A DNA stretch of 37,298 nucleotides from Trueperaceae bacterium (GCA_040905465.1 JBBDRK010000081.1:29029-66326), one strand, 5' to 3'; numbered from the stretch's first letter, positions 1-9,290 are shown. Program-made: numbers and translations. The notes: generated by a model from the letters alone, not told the origin.

Positions 1-202
1 CGGCGGCACGGTGCGGCTGGGGCCGGACCGTGCCGCCGAACTCCTCTCCCTGCTCACCAACCCGATGGGAGAGGCGCTGCATGCGCCCCTCGGCGACCGA
101 GGCGTACATTGGCTTGCCCTGGCGCGCTACCTCTCCTATCATGTCGCCGAGCTGCGCAGCCTCAGCGGCCGGCTGGGCCGGGAACCTGCCGCCCGTGTTT
201 GA
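1..202 (+). CDS. recO: 3' end of probable DNA repair protein RecO (partial, runs off the window start)
   Basis: Open frame from position 2 to TGA 200-202. The C-terminus DRGVHWLALARYLSYHVAELRSL resembles the helical tail of Deinococcus-type RecO as recalled; only the tail is visible. Confidence 0.5.
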   Translation, partial: GGTVRLGPDRAAELLSLLTNPMGEALHAPLGDRGVHWLALARYLSYHVAELRSLSGRLGREPAARV

Positions 203-806
203 CCTCCTCGCCGGTCTCGCCCTGGGCTACCTCATAGGCTCGTTTCCCAGCGCTGCGATAATTGCGCGGCTGGCCGGCCGCGACATCTTCGGAGTCGGCT
301 CGGGCAACATGGGCGCCATGAACACGGCCCGGAACGTCGGCTGGCTTCCCGGCGCCGTGGTGCTGCTGCTCGACGTCGCCAAAGGAGCTCTCGCGGTGTC
401 GCTGACGATCGCCCTGGTCGCGGCTACCGGCTGGGAGTCGGCGAGCCGCGCAGCCATGCCGATGGCAGCGGGGGTGAGCGCGGTAGCCGGACACGCCTGG
501 TCCGTTTTCGCCGGGTTCCGTGGCGGCAAGGCGCTCGCCACCACGCTGGGCGTGGCTCTGCCGGTCTATCCGCTCGGCGGTCTGTACACGCTGCTGCTGC
601 TCGTCGCGCTGGTACTGCTGACCCGCCGGGTAACGCTGTCATCGCTACTGACCATGGGGCTCTATCCGTTCGTGGTCCTGGCCGTGCTCAGCCGCGGCGG
701 CGTGGACCAGGACCGCATCTTCGCGATACTCACCAGCGTGCTGCTGATCGCGGCGATCGTGGTCTACAAGCACCTTGGCTCCGCCCATGAGGCGGCGGCC
801 GGCTAG
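195..806 (+). CDS. plsY: glycerol-3-phosphate acyltransferase PlsY
   Basis: Motifs GYLIGSFP, GSGNMGAMN, DVAKG and GHAWSVFAGFRGGKALAT; multi-TM protein. GTG at 195 overlaps the upstream stop. Confidence 0.93.
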   Translation: MFDLLAGLALGYLIGSFPSAAIIARLAGRDIFGVGSGNMGAMNTARNVGWLPGAVVLLLDVAKGALAVSLTIALVAATGWESASRAAMPMAAGVSAVAGHAWSVFAGFRGGKALATTLGVALPVYPLGGLYTLLLLVALVLLTRRVTLSSLLTMGLYPFVVLAVLSRGGVDQDRIFAILTSVLLIAAIVVYKHLGSAHEAAAG

Positions 807-810
807 AGCG

Positions 811-2088
811 CTACTGCCAGCGCTCCTCCGCCTCGAACTCTTCACCCACGACGGCCGGCCGCAGCTCGCCGACCAGATAGAGGCTGCCTGCGACCACTAC
901 CGTCTCGCCTGGAGCGGTCGCCTCCAGCGCGGCAGCGAGCGCCGACCGTGGGTCTGCCACGCTCTCGGCGCCGCTGCCGAATGCCGCCGCGACCTCCTCC
1001 GGCGGCCGCGCCCGGGGGCTGTGGAGCGCCCGAGTGGCGAAGACGCGGTCGGCGTGTGGGCCCAGAGCGGCAGAGAACGCCGCCAGGTCCTTGTCCCGCC
1101 CCAGGCCCACCACCAAAGTACAGGGAGCGTCCAGCAGCTCACCCATGGCCCCTGCCAAAGCCGAGGCGGCCTCGGCATTGTGCGCCCCGTCGAACAGCAG
1201 CCAGCGCCCCTGATGGCGCACCCTCTCCAGGCGACCCGGCGAGCGCGTGACAGCCAGCCCCCGGCCCACCGCATCGGCCGAAACGCCCCGCTGCAGTGCG
1301 GCGGCAGTGGCCAGCGCCAGGTTGCGGACCTGATGTGCGCCTACCAGTGGGCTCGCACCTCCGGCCTCGCCCGCCGGACAACGGACCCACAGCCGCACCC
1401 CCTGCCAGCCGAGGCTGTGCCCCTCCACCTCGATCTCCCTGCCGAGCTCCCACAGCGGCGCACCCAGCCGCTCCGCCTCGTCACGCAAGACGGCCAGGGC
1501 CTCGCCCTGCGCAGCGGTCATGGCCGGCCGGCGGCTCCGGAAGATGCCGGCCTTCTCCCGGGCTATGGCGGCGGCGTTGTCGCCGAGCAGGTCTACGTGG
1601 TCGAGCGAGATGCCTGTCACCAGCGACAGATCGGGCTCGAGCGCGTTGGTGGCATCGAAGCGGCCGCCCAGGCCCACCTCCATCACCGCGCTGCTCACCC
1701 GCCGTTCCGCGAACAGCAGGCACCCGGCGACTGTGAGGATCTCGAAGAAGCTCGCCTCCAGCCGCTCGGCCGCCGGCCGCACCTCCGCCACTGCCTCCGC
1801 TACCGCGCTCCTGGCCAGTTCCTGGCCGTCGACGATGAAGCGCTCTCCGATCCGGCTCAGGTGCGGTGAGCCGTAAAGGCCGACCCTTTCGCCCGCCGCA
1901 CGAAGGCATTCGGCGAGAGCCCGCGCGGTGCTGCCCTTGCCGTTGGTTCCACCCACCAGGATCGACCGGAACTTCCCCTGTGGATCCCCCGCCGCTGCCA
2001 GCAGCAGTTGCACGCGCCGCAGGCCGAGCGTCATGCCCAACCGCTGACGACCGTACAGCCATTCCAGCGGGTCGTCAGGTCTCGTCAT
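811..2088 (-). CDS. folC: bifunctional folylpolyglutamate/dihydrofolate synthase
   Basis: Motifs VGGTNGKGST, SPHL, EVGLGGRFDATN, DGAHN and GSLYLVGE. Confidence 0.96.
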   Translation of the reverse strand: MTRPDDPLEWLYGRQRLGMTLGLRRVQLLLAAAGDPQGKFRSILVGGTNGKGSTARALAECLRAAGERVGLYGSPHLSRIGERFIVDGQELARSAVAEAVAEVRPAAERLEASFFEILTVAGCLLFAERRVSSAVMEVGLGGRFDATNALEPDLSLVTGISLDHVDLLGDNAAAIAREKAGIFRSRRPAMTAAQGEALAVLRDEAERLGAPLWELGREIEVEGHSLGWQGVRLWVRCPAGEAGGASPLVGAHQVRNLALATAAALQRGVSADAVGRGLAVTRSPGRLERVRHQGRWLLFDGAHNAEAASALAGAMGELLDAPCTLVVGLGRDKDLAAFSAALGPHADRVFATRALHSPRARPPEEVAAAFGSGAESVADPRSALAAALEATAPGETVVVAGSLYLVGELRPAVVGEEFEAEERWQ

Positions 2089-2575
2089 CGAGGCCCTTTA
2101 GCAGTTCGGCGTCCGGGTCGCCGTTCGGCTGATGGTGGCGCTCCACCAGGTCCGCGACGTCGCGATCCCCGCCAGCATCGCGGATCATGGCCGCCCCGTA
2201 GCGGTGGTGATGCCGGCGAATCTGCCAGGCTCCACGCAAGCCGCGGTAGAGAGGCCCTGACGGCACGTCCCTCGGCGCGTAGAGGTGGCTGAGCATGCGG
2301 TAGAGCGGATTGTAGGGCGCGCCCGCCTTGCCGACGTCGTGCAGGAGAGCGGCCCTTACCAGCGCACCGCCGGCATCTGGGCGACGGTCGAGCAGCCGAC
2401 TGGCGACCTGGCAGGCATGCTGGCGATCGCGGACGTCCATGCTCAGGTAGAGACGGTACTCTGCTGGTTCGAGGCGGGTTCGCGCGAACTCGTCGTCCGG
2501 CCTGGCCAGCCACGGGACCCACGCTTTGATGGTTCGAACGGCCGCATTCACGAACCAGATGGCGGGGCGCTTCAC
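2075..2575 (-). CDS. HD-domain protein (metal-dependent phosphohydrolase family)
   Basis: HACQVA...AALLHDVGK and a downstream HH. The GTG start is 6 nt after TAGACT; the end overlaps the folC start. Confidence 0.8.
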   Translation of the reverse strand: MKRPAIWFVNAAVRTIKAWVPWLARPDDEFARTRLEPAEYRLYLSMDVRDRQHACQVASRLLDRRPDAGGALVRAALLHDVGKAGAPYNPLYRMLSHLYAPRDVPSGPLYRGLRGAWQIRRHHHRYGAAMIRDAGGDRDVADLVERHHQPNGDPDAELLKGLDDET

Positions 2576-2669
2576 GAACGCAGTCTACCGTCGCCGGCCG
2601 GTCGCCGAGGGCGTCCGGTACGGCGCCAGCAGGCCGGCCGCGTTACGAGAGCTACGGTATGCTTGGGCC

Positions 2670-3779
2670 GTGATTGCATCGAGGTTCGTCTCACGCGTAT
2701 TCCCCCTCGCCATGCTGCTGACGTTCGCCGCGGCGCTGCTCCCGTGGGGCGGTGCACAGCTCGCCAGCGGCGTCGATCCCGCCGCTACCGCCGATCGTGC
2801 CGTTGACGCCTGGCTCGAGCAGGAACCGCCTCAACTCGCACAGCTGAGCCGGATGTCGCCGACAGAGCTGTGCCAGGAGCTTCCGGGGCTGGTGACCAAT
2901 CCGGCGCCGGAACCGGGAACCAGGGTCAACATCGACGACCGGCGCGAGCTGACCTCCGACGAGGAAGGCGTGCGCCAATACTCCTATAGCGCCGTCAGAC
3001 CCGGCGGTCAGCTCGAGGTCGTACAGGTGACGCTGGAGCAGCGGGAGGACGAGTGGGTCGCCCGGCGAGTGGAGTACCGGATGGCCTCCTCGGGGGGACG
3101 GGACTGGCTTCAGCAGCCGGCGGTCACATGGATTTTCGGACTATTCAGTCTGCTGGTGCTCTACCTGATAGTCACGCCTTCGTTCCTGCGCACTTGGTTG
3201 GCACGCGGCATGGCGGTGCTGCGTGAGAACCGCGGGGTCGTCCTGTTCACGATGGTCCTGCTCTACGGCGTCTTCGCCTTGGGCGTCTATACCGGCAGCC
3301 AGTTGCCGGCGGAGTGTACCGACGCGGCACTCACCGTAGTGAACGAAGCGATCACCGCTGTTGGGGCGGCCGAGGCGTACGGCAGCGGCAACGTGGCGCG
3401 GGCAGCGGCGGTCACCTTCTACCAGAACTTCATCGTCGTTACGCTGTCGGTGACCTTCAGCCTGGCGCTGCTGTTCGGCGTGCCCGCTTACCTGCTCTCG
3501 GTCGTGTCGTTCTTCGTGCAGGCGATACCCTTCGGGCTGGTGGGCACGTTCAGCGGGCCGGAGGCCATCTTCGTGCTGGTGCTGATCCTGCTCGAGCTCA
3601 CCGCTTACTTCCTGGTGGTGGCGGGCGGCGGCATCCTGCTGCGAACGCTGATACGCAACGGTTTCGGTTCGCTGTCCCTGGCCGTCGGCCGGCTTGCCCT
3701 GATGCTGCCGATAGCCATGCTGCTGCTCCTGGTTGGCGCCTGGTACGAAGCGGCGATACTGTTGCTGGCCGGCCCGTAG
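2670..3779 (+). CDS. stage II sporulation protein M (DUF95)-like membrane protein with an N-terminal extracytoplasmic domain
   Basis: N-terminal signal-like segment, a soluble region, then several TMs with FYQNF and LLELTAYFLVVAGG. The GTG at 2670 is 6 nt after TATGCT. Confidence 0.7.
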   Translation: MIASRFVSRVFPLAMLLTFAAALLPWGGAQLASGVDPAATADRAVDAWLEQEPPQLAQLSRMSPTELCQELPGLVTNPAPEPGTRVNIDDRRELTSDEEGVRQYSYSAVRPGGQLEVVQVTLEQREDEWVARRVEYRMASSGGRDWLQQPAVTWIFGLFSLLVLYLIVTPSFLRTWLARGMAVLRENRGVVLFTMVLLYGVFALGVYTGSQLPAECTDAALTVVNEAITAVGAAEAYGSGNVARAAAVTFYQNFIVVTLSVTFSLALLFGVPAYLLSVVSFFVQAIPFGLVGTFSGPEAIFVLVLILLELTAYFLVVAGGGILLRTLIRNGFGSLSLAVGRLALMLPIAMLLLLVGAWYEAAILLLAGP

Positions 3780-3819
3780 CCGCCGAGAGGGCCCAGCTGG
3801 CGGTCGGGGCCGTAGCCGG

Positions 3820-4725
3820 CTAGCGAGCAGAGGTCTCAGCCAGCAACCGCCGGACCGCGGGTGCCACGTCGAGCAGCGTCGTGCACTCGGCAAACGCGTC
3901 CCGGCCGGGGCCCAGCACCACCAGCGGTACCGGCGACCGCGTGTGACCCCTCGTCGATTTGTCCTCGAGGTTGCCGTGGTCGGAGGTGACCACCATGGTC
4001 ACGCCGTCGAGCGCACCCACCGCTCCGGCGATGAACCGGTCCAGGCCTTCCACCAACTCGACCGCGTCGGCCAGCGTGCCGCGGTGCCCGACGCGGTCGC
4101 TGAGCCAGAAGTCGAAGAACGTGAGGTTCGCCGACGAGGCCAGCACGGCCAGTCGGTCTCCCGACGCCTCCGGGGTGTAGACCGGCAGGACCGGATCGAC
4201 CGAAGCGAAGTGGGCTCCGGTCAGGTCGGCCGCTATCCCCTGCCCCTGTCGGTACGCTTCCAGGTCCGGCAGCATCAGGCCGGCGGCCCGCGCGGCGTGC
4301 ACGGGCACGTTGGTGCGTGCGCGCCTGCCTTCGAGGGCGGTGAAGTAGCCGGGCGGATAGGCGTTTGCCAGTCGAACGGAGCCGCCCCCGGCCAGCGCGT
4401 CGCTGAACAGGGATCCTTCCTCCAGCAGTCGCCTCAAGGTCGGGCCCGGCCACGGGCCGTAGTGCCCGCCCATAACCTCGGCGCAGTTGCGGCCCGTCAG
4501 CAGCGACGCCTGGCCGGTGGCGGACTGCGGCAGACCCGGGAATCCCAGCGTGGCGTCGAGACGGCGCACCACCGCTCGGTCATCGCGCTCCGCCAGCTCC
4601 GAGGTCAACCGGCCCGCCAACAGGTCATCGAGGAACGGCGTAGCGCCGGCGACGAACGGGTTGAGCGCCGGATCGGGCTCGCCGAGACCGACCCCGTCGA
4701 GGAACAGGAACAGGAGCCGGTTCAC
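3820..4725 (-). CDS. metalloenzyme superfamily protein (cofactor-independent phosphoglycerate mutase/phosphopentomutase-like)
   Basis: Motifs FLFLDGVGLG, PQSATGQ, DRVGHRG, TSDHGNLED and HTRSPVP. Confidence 0.8.
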   Translation of the reverse strand: MNRLLFLFLDGVGLGEPDPALNPFVAGATPFLDDLLAGRLTSELAERDDRAVVRRLDATLGFPGLPQSATGQASLLTGRNCAEVMGGHYGPWPGPTLRRLLEEGSLFSDALAGGGSVRLANAYPPGYFTALEGRRARTNVPVHAARAAGLMLPDLEAYRQGQGIAADLTGAHFASVDPVLPVYTPEASGDRLAVLASSANLTFFDFWLSDRVGHRGTLADAVELVEGLDRFIAGAVGALDGVTMVVTSDHGNLEDKSTRGHTRSPVPLVVLGPGRDAFAECTTLLDVAPAVRRLLAETSAR

Positions 4726-4750
4726 CGGCCGACGCGCACCACGGAGCGTC

Positions 4751-5785
4751 TCAGCCGACTCCGACGGCTTCCTTGACACGCGCCAGCGTGGGTCGGGCCA
4801 GCGCCCTGGCCCGCTCGGCGCTCCGTTCGAGAACGGCCTCGAGCCGCTCCGGCTCGTCCATGATCGCCCGGTAGCGCTGGCGGATGGGCAGGAGCGTATC
4901 CATGATCGCCTCCAGCACGGCCTTCTTGAGTTCCCCGTAGCCGCGACCGGCAAACATCGCTTCCAGCTCGGCGAGGCTGCCGCCGCGCAGGCTCTGATAG
5001 ACGACCAGCAGGTTCCTCACACCCGGCGAGGCGTGTTCGAACCTCGTTTCCTTGCCCGAATCGGTCACGGCCGACATCACCGTCTTCCTGATGGTGGCGT
5101 CGTCGTCGAGCAGATGCACGGCATGCCCGCTGCGCCCAGCGGCCAGCGACTTGCTCATCTTCACCTCGGGATCGTCGAAACCCATCACTCTGGCGCCGAG
5201 CTTCGGCACGGTAGCCCTGGGCAACACGAACACGTCTCCGAAGAGATGATTGAAGCGCGTCGCGATGTCCCGGGTGAGCTCCACATGCTGCACCTGGTCC
5301 TCCCCCACCGGTACCAGCTCGGTGTCGTATAGAAGGATGTCGGCCGCCTGCAGCACCGGATAGTCGAGCAACCCGGTGCCCACGCTCCTGGTGTTCTCGC
5401 CCTTTGACTTGAACTGGGTCATTCGCTGCAGCCAGCCGAGAGGCGTGGTGCAGTTGAGGATCCAGGTCAGCTCCGAGTGTTCGTGCAGGTGCGACTGCAC
5501 GAACAGCAGGCTCTTCTCGGGATCGATGCCGGCCGCCATGTACAAGGCGGCCGCCCTGCGCGAGTTCGCTTTCAGCGTTCGCGGGTCGACGGTTTCGGGC
5601 ATGGTCAGCGCGTGCAGGTCCACCACGCAGAAGATGCTCTCTCGCTCATCCTGTTTCTCGACCCACTGCCGCAACGCTCCGACGTAGTTGCCCAGGTGGA
5701 GGTTGCCGGTGGGTTGCATTCCCGAGAACACCTTCGGGCGGGTGCTCGTTGCCGGTGTCGGCGTGACGGTTTCGGTCTGGTTCAT
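4751..5785 (-). CDS. trpS: tryptophan--tRNA ligase
   Basis: Motifs FSGMQPTGNLHLGNY, YPVLQAADIL, VPVGEDQVQH and KMSKS. The ATG at 5785 is 7 nt after TATACT. Confidence 0.97.
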   Translation of the reverse strand: MNQTETVTPTPATSTRPKVFSGMQPTGNLHLGNYVGALRQWVEKQDERESIFCVVDLHALTMPETVDPRTLKANSRRAAALYMAAGIDPEKSLLFVQSHLHEHSELTWILNCTTPLGWLQRMTQFKSKGENTRSVGTGLLDYPVLQAADILLYDTELVPVGEDQVQHVELTRDIATRFNHLFGDVFVLPRATVPKLGARVMGFDDPEVKMSKSLAAGRSGHAVHLLDDDATIRKTVMSAVTDSGKETRFEHASPGVRNLLVVYQSLRGGSLAELEAMFAGRGYGELKKAVLEAIMDTLLPIRQRYRAIMDEPERLEAVLERSAERARALARPTLARVKEAVGVG

Positions 5786-6003
5786 TCCCACGAGTATAGC
5801 CCCGAAGACCGACGGTGAGCCGCCTCAGCGTGTGTGGGACCATGTTCTGCAACCTCCGGGCCCGTTACCATCCAGATTGCCGCCTCCGGCAGCGCGGCTC
5901 CCTCGACGCCCTTCGGACATGCCGGGAGACAACGCCTGCCGGCGTAACAGCGGGACGGGGCCCCAGACCCGGACGGGCGGAGCAGTAACACGCCCGGAAT
6001 GGA

Positions 6004-6666
6004 GTGGCGTTGCGAGCGGGACTGATATTCGACCTCGACGGAGTGCTCACCGATACCGAGGAGTACCACTTCCGCTCATGGCGGAAGCTGGCCGAGGAGT
6101 TAGGTGTGCCATTTACCAGGGCCACGAGTCAGGCTCTACGGGGGCGCTCACGTCCGGACGCGCTGGAGCTGTTCCTGGCCGGACGTCGACCCGGTACCGG
6201 ACGAGAGGAGTTGCTGGAGCGCAAGAATCGCTACTTCCTGGAGCAGATCGAGTCGCTGGGGCCAGAGGATCTCGCGCCAGGCATCGCCAGGCTGTTCGAC
6301 CAGGCAGAGTGCCGGGAGATTCCGCTCGGCCTGGCCTCGTCGAGCCGCAATGCCCGGCTGGTCTGCCGGCGTCTGGGCATCCTCGAACGCTTTACCGCCT
6401 TCGTGGACGGATGCTCGACCCTGCGCCCCAAGCCTGCTCCTGACATGTTCCTGTGGGCCGCCGGGCGACTCGGCCTGGACCCCGGCTGCTGCACGGTGGT
6501 GGAGGATTCCGAAGCCGGCGTGCAAGCTGCGCTGACAGGCGGCTTCCTCGTGGTCGGGGTCGGCCCCGGGGAGCGTGTGGGGGCTGCTCACACGGTCTTC
6601 GCCGACCTGGCCGAGGCGACAGTAGACGACCTCTGCCGTCCCGTGGCAAGGGGCGCGTCACGGTGA
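6004..6666 (+). CDS. pgmB: beta-phosphoglucomutase-family HAD enzyme
   Basis: FDLDGVLTDTEEYHFRSW (beta-PGM-type motif I and cap), ASSSRNA, KPAPDMF and VEDSEAGVQAA. Confidence 0.8.
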   Translation: MALRAGLIFDLDGVLTDTEEYHFRSWRKLAEELGVPFTRATSQALRGRSRPDALELFLAGRRPGTGREELLERKNRYFLEQIESLGPEDLAPGIARLFDQAECREIPLGLASSSRNARLVCRRLGILERFTAFVDGCSTLRPKPAPDMFLWAAGRLGLDPGCCTVVEDSEAGVQAALTGGFLVVGVGPGERVGAAHTVFADLAEATVDDLCRPVARGASR

Positions 6667-6743
6667 AAGTCACGTGGCGACCGGCAGTTCGAGCAGTGAC
6701 CAGCGAATCGGTACCGCGCGTCGACAGCGAGGTGGCCGGATGA
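6663..6743 (+). CDS. putative 26-aa bridging mini-ORF (MKVTWRPAVRAVTSESVPRVDSEVAG)
   Basis: Starts at GTGA overlapping the beta-PGM stop and ends at ATGA overlapping the regulator start. Confidence 0.35.
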   Translation: MKVTWRPAVRAVTSESVPRVDSEVAG

Positions 6744-7921
6744 TAGCAGCCGAGCTGCGGCTCAAGGACGTGGCCGAGGCACTGAGCAGCCAGGCGTCGC
6801 AACTGCTGGGGGCGCCCGCCTATGTCGTCGATGCCGAGCACCGGGTAGTGGCCGCGAGTCGCTCGGGCTGGCTCGGCCGCCACATGCGGGCGAGCGAGCG
6901 AGACCAGATCATCGAGGTGCCGGTCGATATCGGTGGCGAGCACGGATTCATGGTCCTCGGCAAGCCTCTCGATGGCGGGAGCGTGCCGACGCACCTCGCT
7001 CGAGCCTTGGTGAACCTGCTCGTCGACCAGGCCGCGATTGTCGGCACGCTCCCCCACGGAGCCGAACTGAAGAACAAGATCATTCACGACCTGCTGCACG
7101 GTCCCGGCGAAAACGAGTCGACGCTGGTACGACAGGCGCGCCTGCTGGGCATGGACGTCGGTCCCCCGCGAGCGGTGATACTCATCGACGCCGGCCGCTT
7201 CGTACTCGACTCCGGCGTAGAGGAGAGCGCGCAAGCGGAGATCGCACGACGCGCGCAGAAGGTGATCGACGGGGTCGTGAGCTTCTTCCAGCTGCCGAAC
7301 GACACCATCTGCGCCTACATCGGAGATGGCGAGGTCGCGGTGCTGAAAGCCAGCGATACTCGCAACCTGCGCCATTGGGCCGCCGAGGAGGACACCGCGA
7401 CTTCGTCGTCATGGGCCAACCTGGCGGCGATGAAACGCGCCGGGCGCGCGCTCCTCACGCGGCTGCAGTCGGAAACCGGCGTACCGCTCAGTATCGGCAT
7501 CGGTCGCTATCACCGCGGGCCCGGCGGGTTGGCGCGATCGTACTCGGACGCCAGGGCGGCACTCAACCTGGGACAGCGCCTCAACGGCGCCGACCGTGTC
7601 CATTCACTGGACAAGTTGGGTGTTGCGGCGTTCGTCGGCGTGGCGGACGAGCGTACCAAGGTAGAGCTGGCGACCCATCTGCTGAGTCCTCTCGACGCCG
7701 ATCCCGAGCTGCTGACCAGCCTGAAGGTGTACTTCCGGGAAAACTGTCATCCCAGCCGGGCAGCCGAAAAGCTGGCGGTCCACCGCAACACCCTGAACTA
7801 TCGACTGGAGAAGGTGGCGATGATCACCGGACTCGATCCGCGCATCTTCGACCAGGCGATACAGATCCGCTTGGCGCTGGTGCTCCGGTCCCTGGAGCCG
7901 GCGGCCGACGAAGGGGCCTGA
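6740..7921 (+). CDS. CdaR/PucR-family transcriptional regulator (sugar-diacid regulator-like)
   Basis: N-terminal sensor region, a central region with IGIGR...SYSDARAAL, and a C-terminal HTH AAEKLAVHRNTLNYRLEKV. GAGGTGG SD precedes ATG 6740. Confidence 0.88.
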   Translation: MIAAELRLKDVAEALSSQASQLLGAPAYVVDAEHRVVAASRSGWLGRHMRASERDQIIEVPVDIGGEHGFMVLGKPLDGGSVPTHLARALVNLLVDQAAIVGTLPHGAELKNKIIHDLLHGPGENESTLVRQARLLGMDVGPPRAVILIDAGRFVLDSGVEESAQAEIARRAQKVIDGVVSFFQLPNDTICAYIGDGEVAVLKASDTRNLRHWAAEEDTATSSSWANLAAMKRAGRALLTRLQSETGVPLSIGIGRYHRGPGGLARSYSDARAALNLGQRLNGADRVHSLDKLGVAAFVGVADERTKVELATHLLSPLDADPELLTSLKVYFRENCHPSRAAEKLAVHRNTLNYRLEKVAMITGLDPRIFDQAIQIRLALVLRSLEPAADEGA

Positions 7922-8041
7922 GCATCGAAAAAACCTCTCCAGAGCGTCGATCATGAACCGGATAGGGCCTCCGCTCATTACTGCTTAAGGTTTTGTTCAG
8001 ATTCCAGTTTCTCCGCATCCCAGCGGCGAAACTGGCGTTTA

Positions 8042-8100
8042 CTGAGCATCTGCCCAACTCGTCGCCCCGACGTGCTTCTCGAAGTTGTGCACCTGCACGA
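8042..8100. promoter_or_regulatory. two imperfect 16-bp palindromes (CTGAGCAtcTGCCCAA and TTGTGCAccTGCACGA), candidate CdaR-type operators
   Basis: Seen at 8042-8057 and 8085-8100, 43 bp apart, upstream of a TATCCT -10-like box at 8123-8128. Confidence 0.55.
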
Positions 8101-8148
8101 TGAAGGACGCTCCTCACGCCCCTATCCTCCAAGAAGGAGCGGGGGCTG

Positions 8149-8274
8149 ATGAGAGAAACGACATCGCCAACGGTGATCGAGAAGAAGGAAAGGTTCGTGG
8201 CCGGCGGAGAGACAGCCGCCGGCACGATTCGTTCGGCGGTGGAGAAGAACCGGCCGGCGTGGGTACCAAGTTGA
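8149..8274 (+). CDS. putative 41-aa small protein (MRETTSPTVIEKKERFVAGGETAAGTIRSAVEKNRPAWVPS)
   Basis: Strong AAGGAG SD before ATG 8149; the stop overlaps the TTG start of the next gene (TTGA). Confidence 0.5.
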   Translation: MRETTSPTVIEKKERFVAGGETAAGTIRSAVEKNRPAWVPS

Positions 8275-9248
8275 CTCGCTTGCGCGTCCTCACCTGGCAC
8301 GTGCACGGCTCGTATCTCTACTACCTTAGCCAGACAGAGTGCGACTTCTTGCTGCCGGTCAAGGAGGGCAGGCCCGAGGGCTACGGCGGCCGAGCGGGCA
8401 GCTTTCCCTGGGGAGTCAATGTGCGCGAGGTGCCGGCCGAGCAGGTGCGCAACGAGGAGATCGACGTCGTGCTGTGCCAGTCCCGGAGGAACTGGGAAAC
8501 AGACCGCTTCGAACTCCTGACGGGCGAGCAGTTGCAGCTGCCGACCGTTTTCCTCGAGCACGACCCGCCACGCCAGAGTCCAACCGACACCCGGCATCCG
8601 GTCGATGATCGCGATGTGCTGCTGGTACACGTCACGCGTTTCAACGACCTCATGTGGGACAGCGGTCGAACGCCCACCAAGGTAATCGAACACGGGGTCA
8701 CGGTACCGCCAGGCACCCGTTACAGCGGCGTGCTCGAGCGGGGACTGGTGGTGGTGAACGGACTCGAACGGCGCGGCCGGCGCCTGGGCGCGGACATCTT
8801 CAGGAGCGTCCGCGAGCGAGTGCCGCTCGACTTGGTCGGGATGGAATCGGAGCGCTCGGGCGGGCTCGGCGAGGTACCCCATGCTGATATGGCCCCATTC
8901 GCTGCCCGCTACCGGTTCCTGTTCAACCCGATCCGCTACACCAGCCTGGGCCTGGCGGTGTGCGAGGCGATGGCCGCAGGCGTACCCGTGATCGGCCTCG
9001 CCACGACCGAGATGGCGACGACGATAGAAAACGGACGAAACGGGTACGTCGACAACGACATCGACAATCTCACGGCACGAATGCACGAGCTGCTGAACGA
9101 TCCCGAGCTGGCCCGACGGCTGGGCGAGGGAGCTCGACGAACCGCTCGGGAACGCTTCGGAATCGAGCGGTTCACTCGCGACTGGATCGCGACCTTGCGG
9201 GAGGTTGCCGGTCGCGAAACGAGTCCACTGGCTCGCGCCACGTCGTAA
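8271..9248 (+). CDS. glycosyltransferase family 4
   Basis: N-terminus RVLTWHVHGSYL; GT-B C-terminal motif YTSLGLAVCEAMAAGVPVI. TTG start inferred. Confidence 0.85.
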   Translation: MTRLRVLTWHVHGSYLYYLSQTECDFLLPVKEGRPEGYGGRAGSFPWGVNVREVPAEQVRNEEIDVVLCQSRRNWETDRFELLTGEQLQLPTVFLEHDPPRQSPTDTRHPVDDRDVLLVHVTRFNDLMWDSGRTPTKVIEHGVTVPPGTRYSGVLERGLVVVNGLERRGRRLGADIFRSVRERVPLDLVGMESERSGGLGEVPHADMAPFAARYRFLFNPIRYTSLGLAVCEAMAAGVPVIGLATTEMATTIENGRNGYVDNDIDNLTARMHELLNDPELARRLGEGARRTARERFGIERFTRDWIATLREVAGRETSPLARATS

Positions 9249-9290
9249 TCGGGCGCGAGCGAGATCGGTCTCTATCTGATGGGGGTACGA

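Noticed and set aside
5800-6003. Possible T-box or riboswitch between trpS and beta-PGM
   Set aside because: trpS appears leaderless, and no T-box (AAGGTGGTACC-like) or other recognisable aptamer motif was found.
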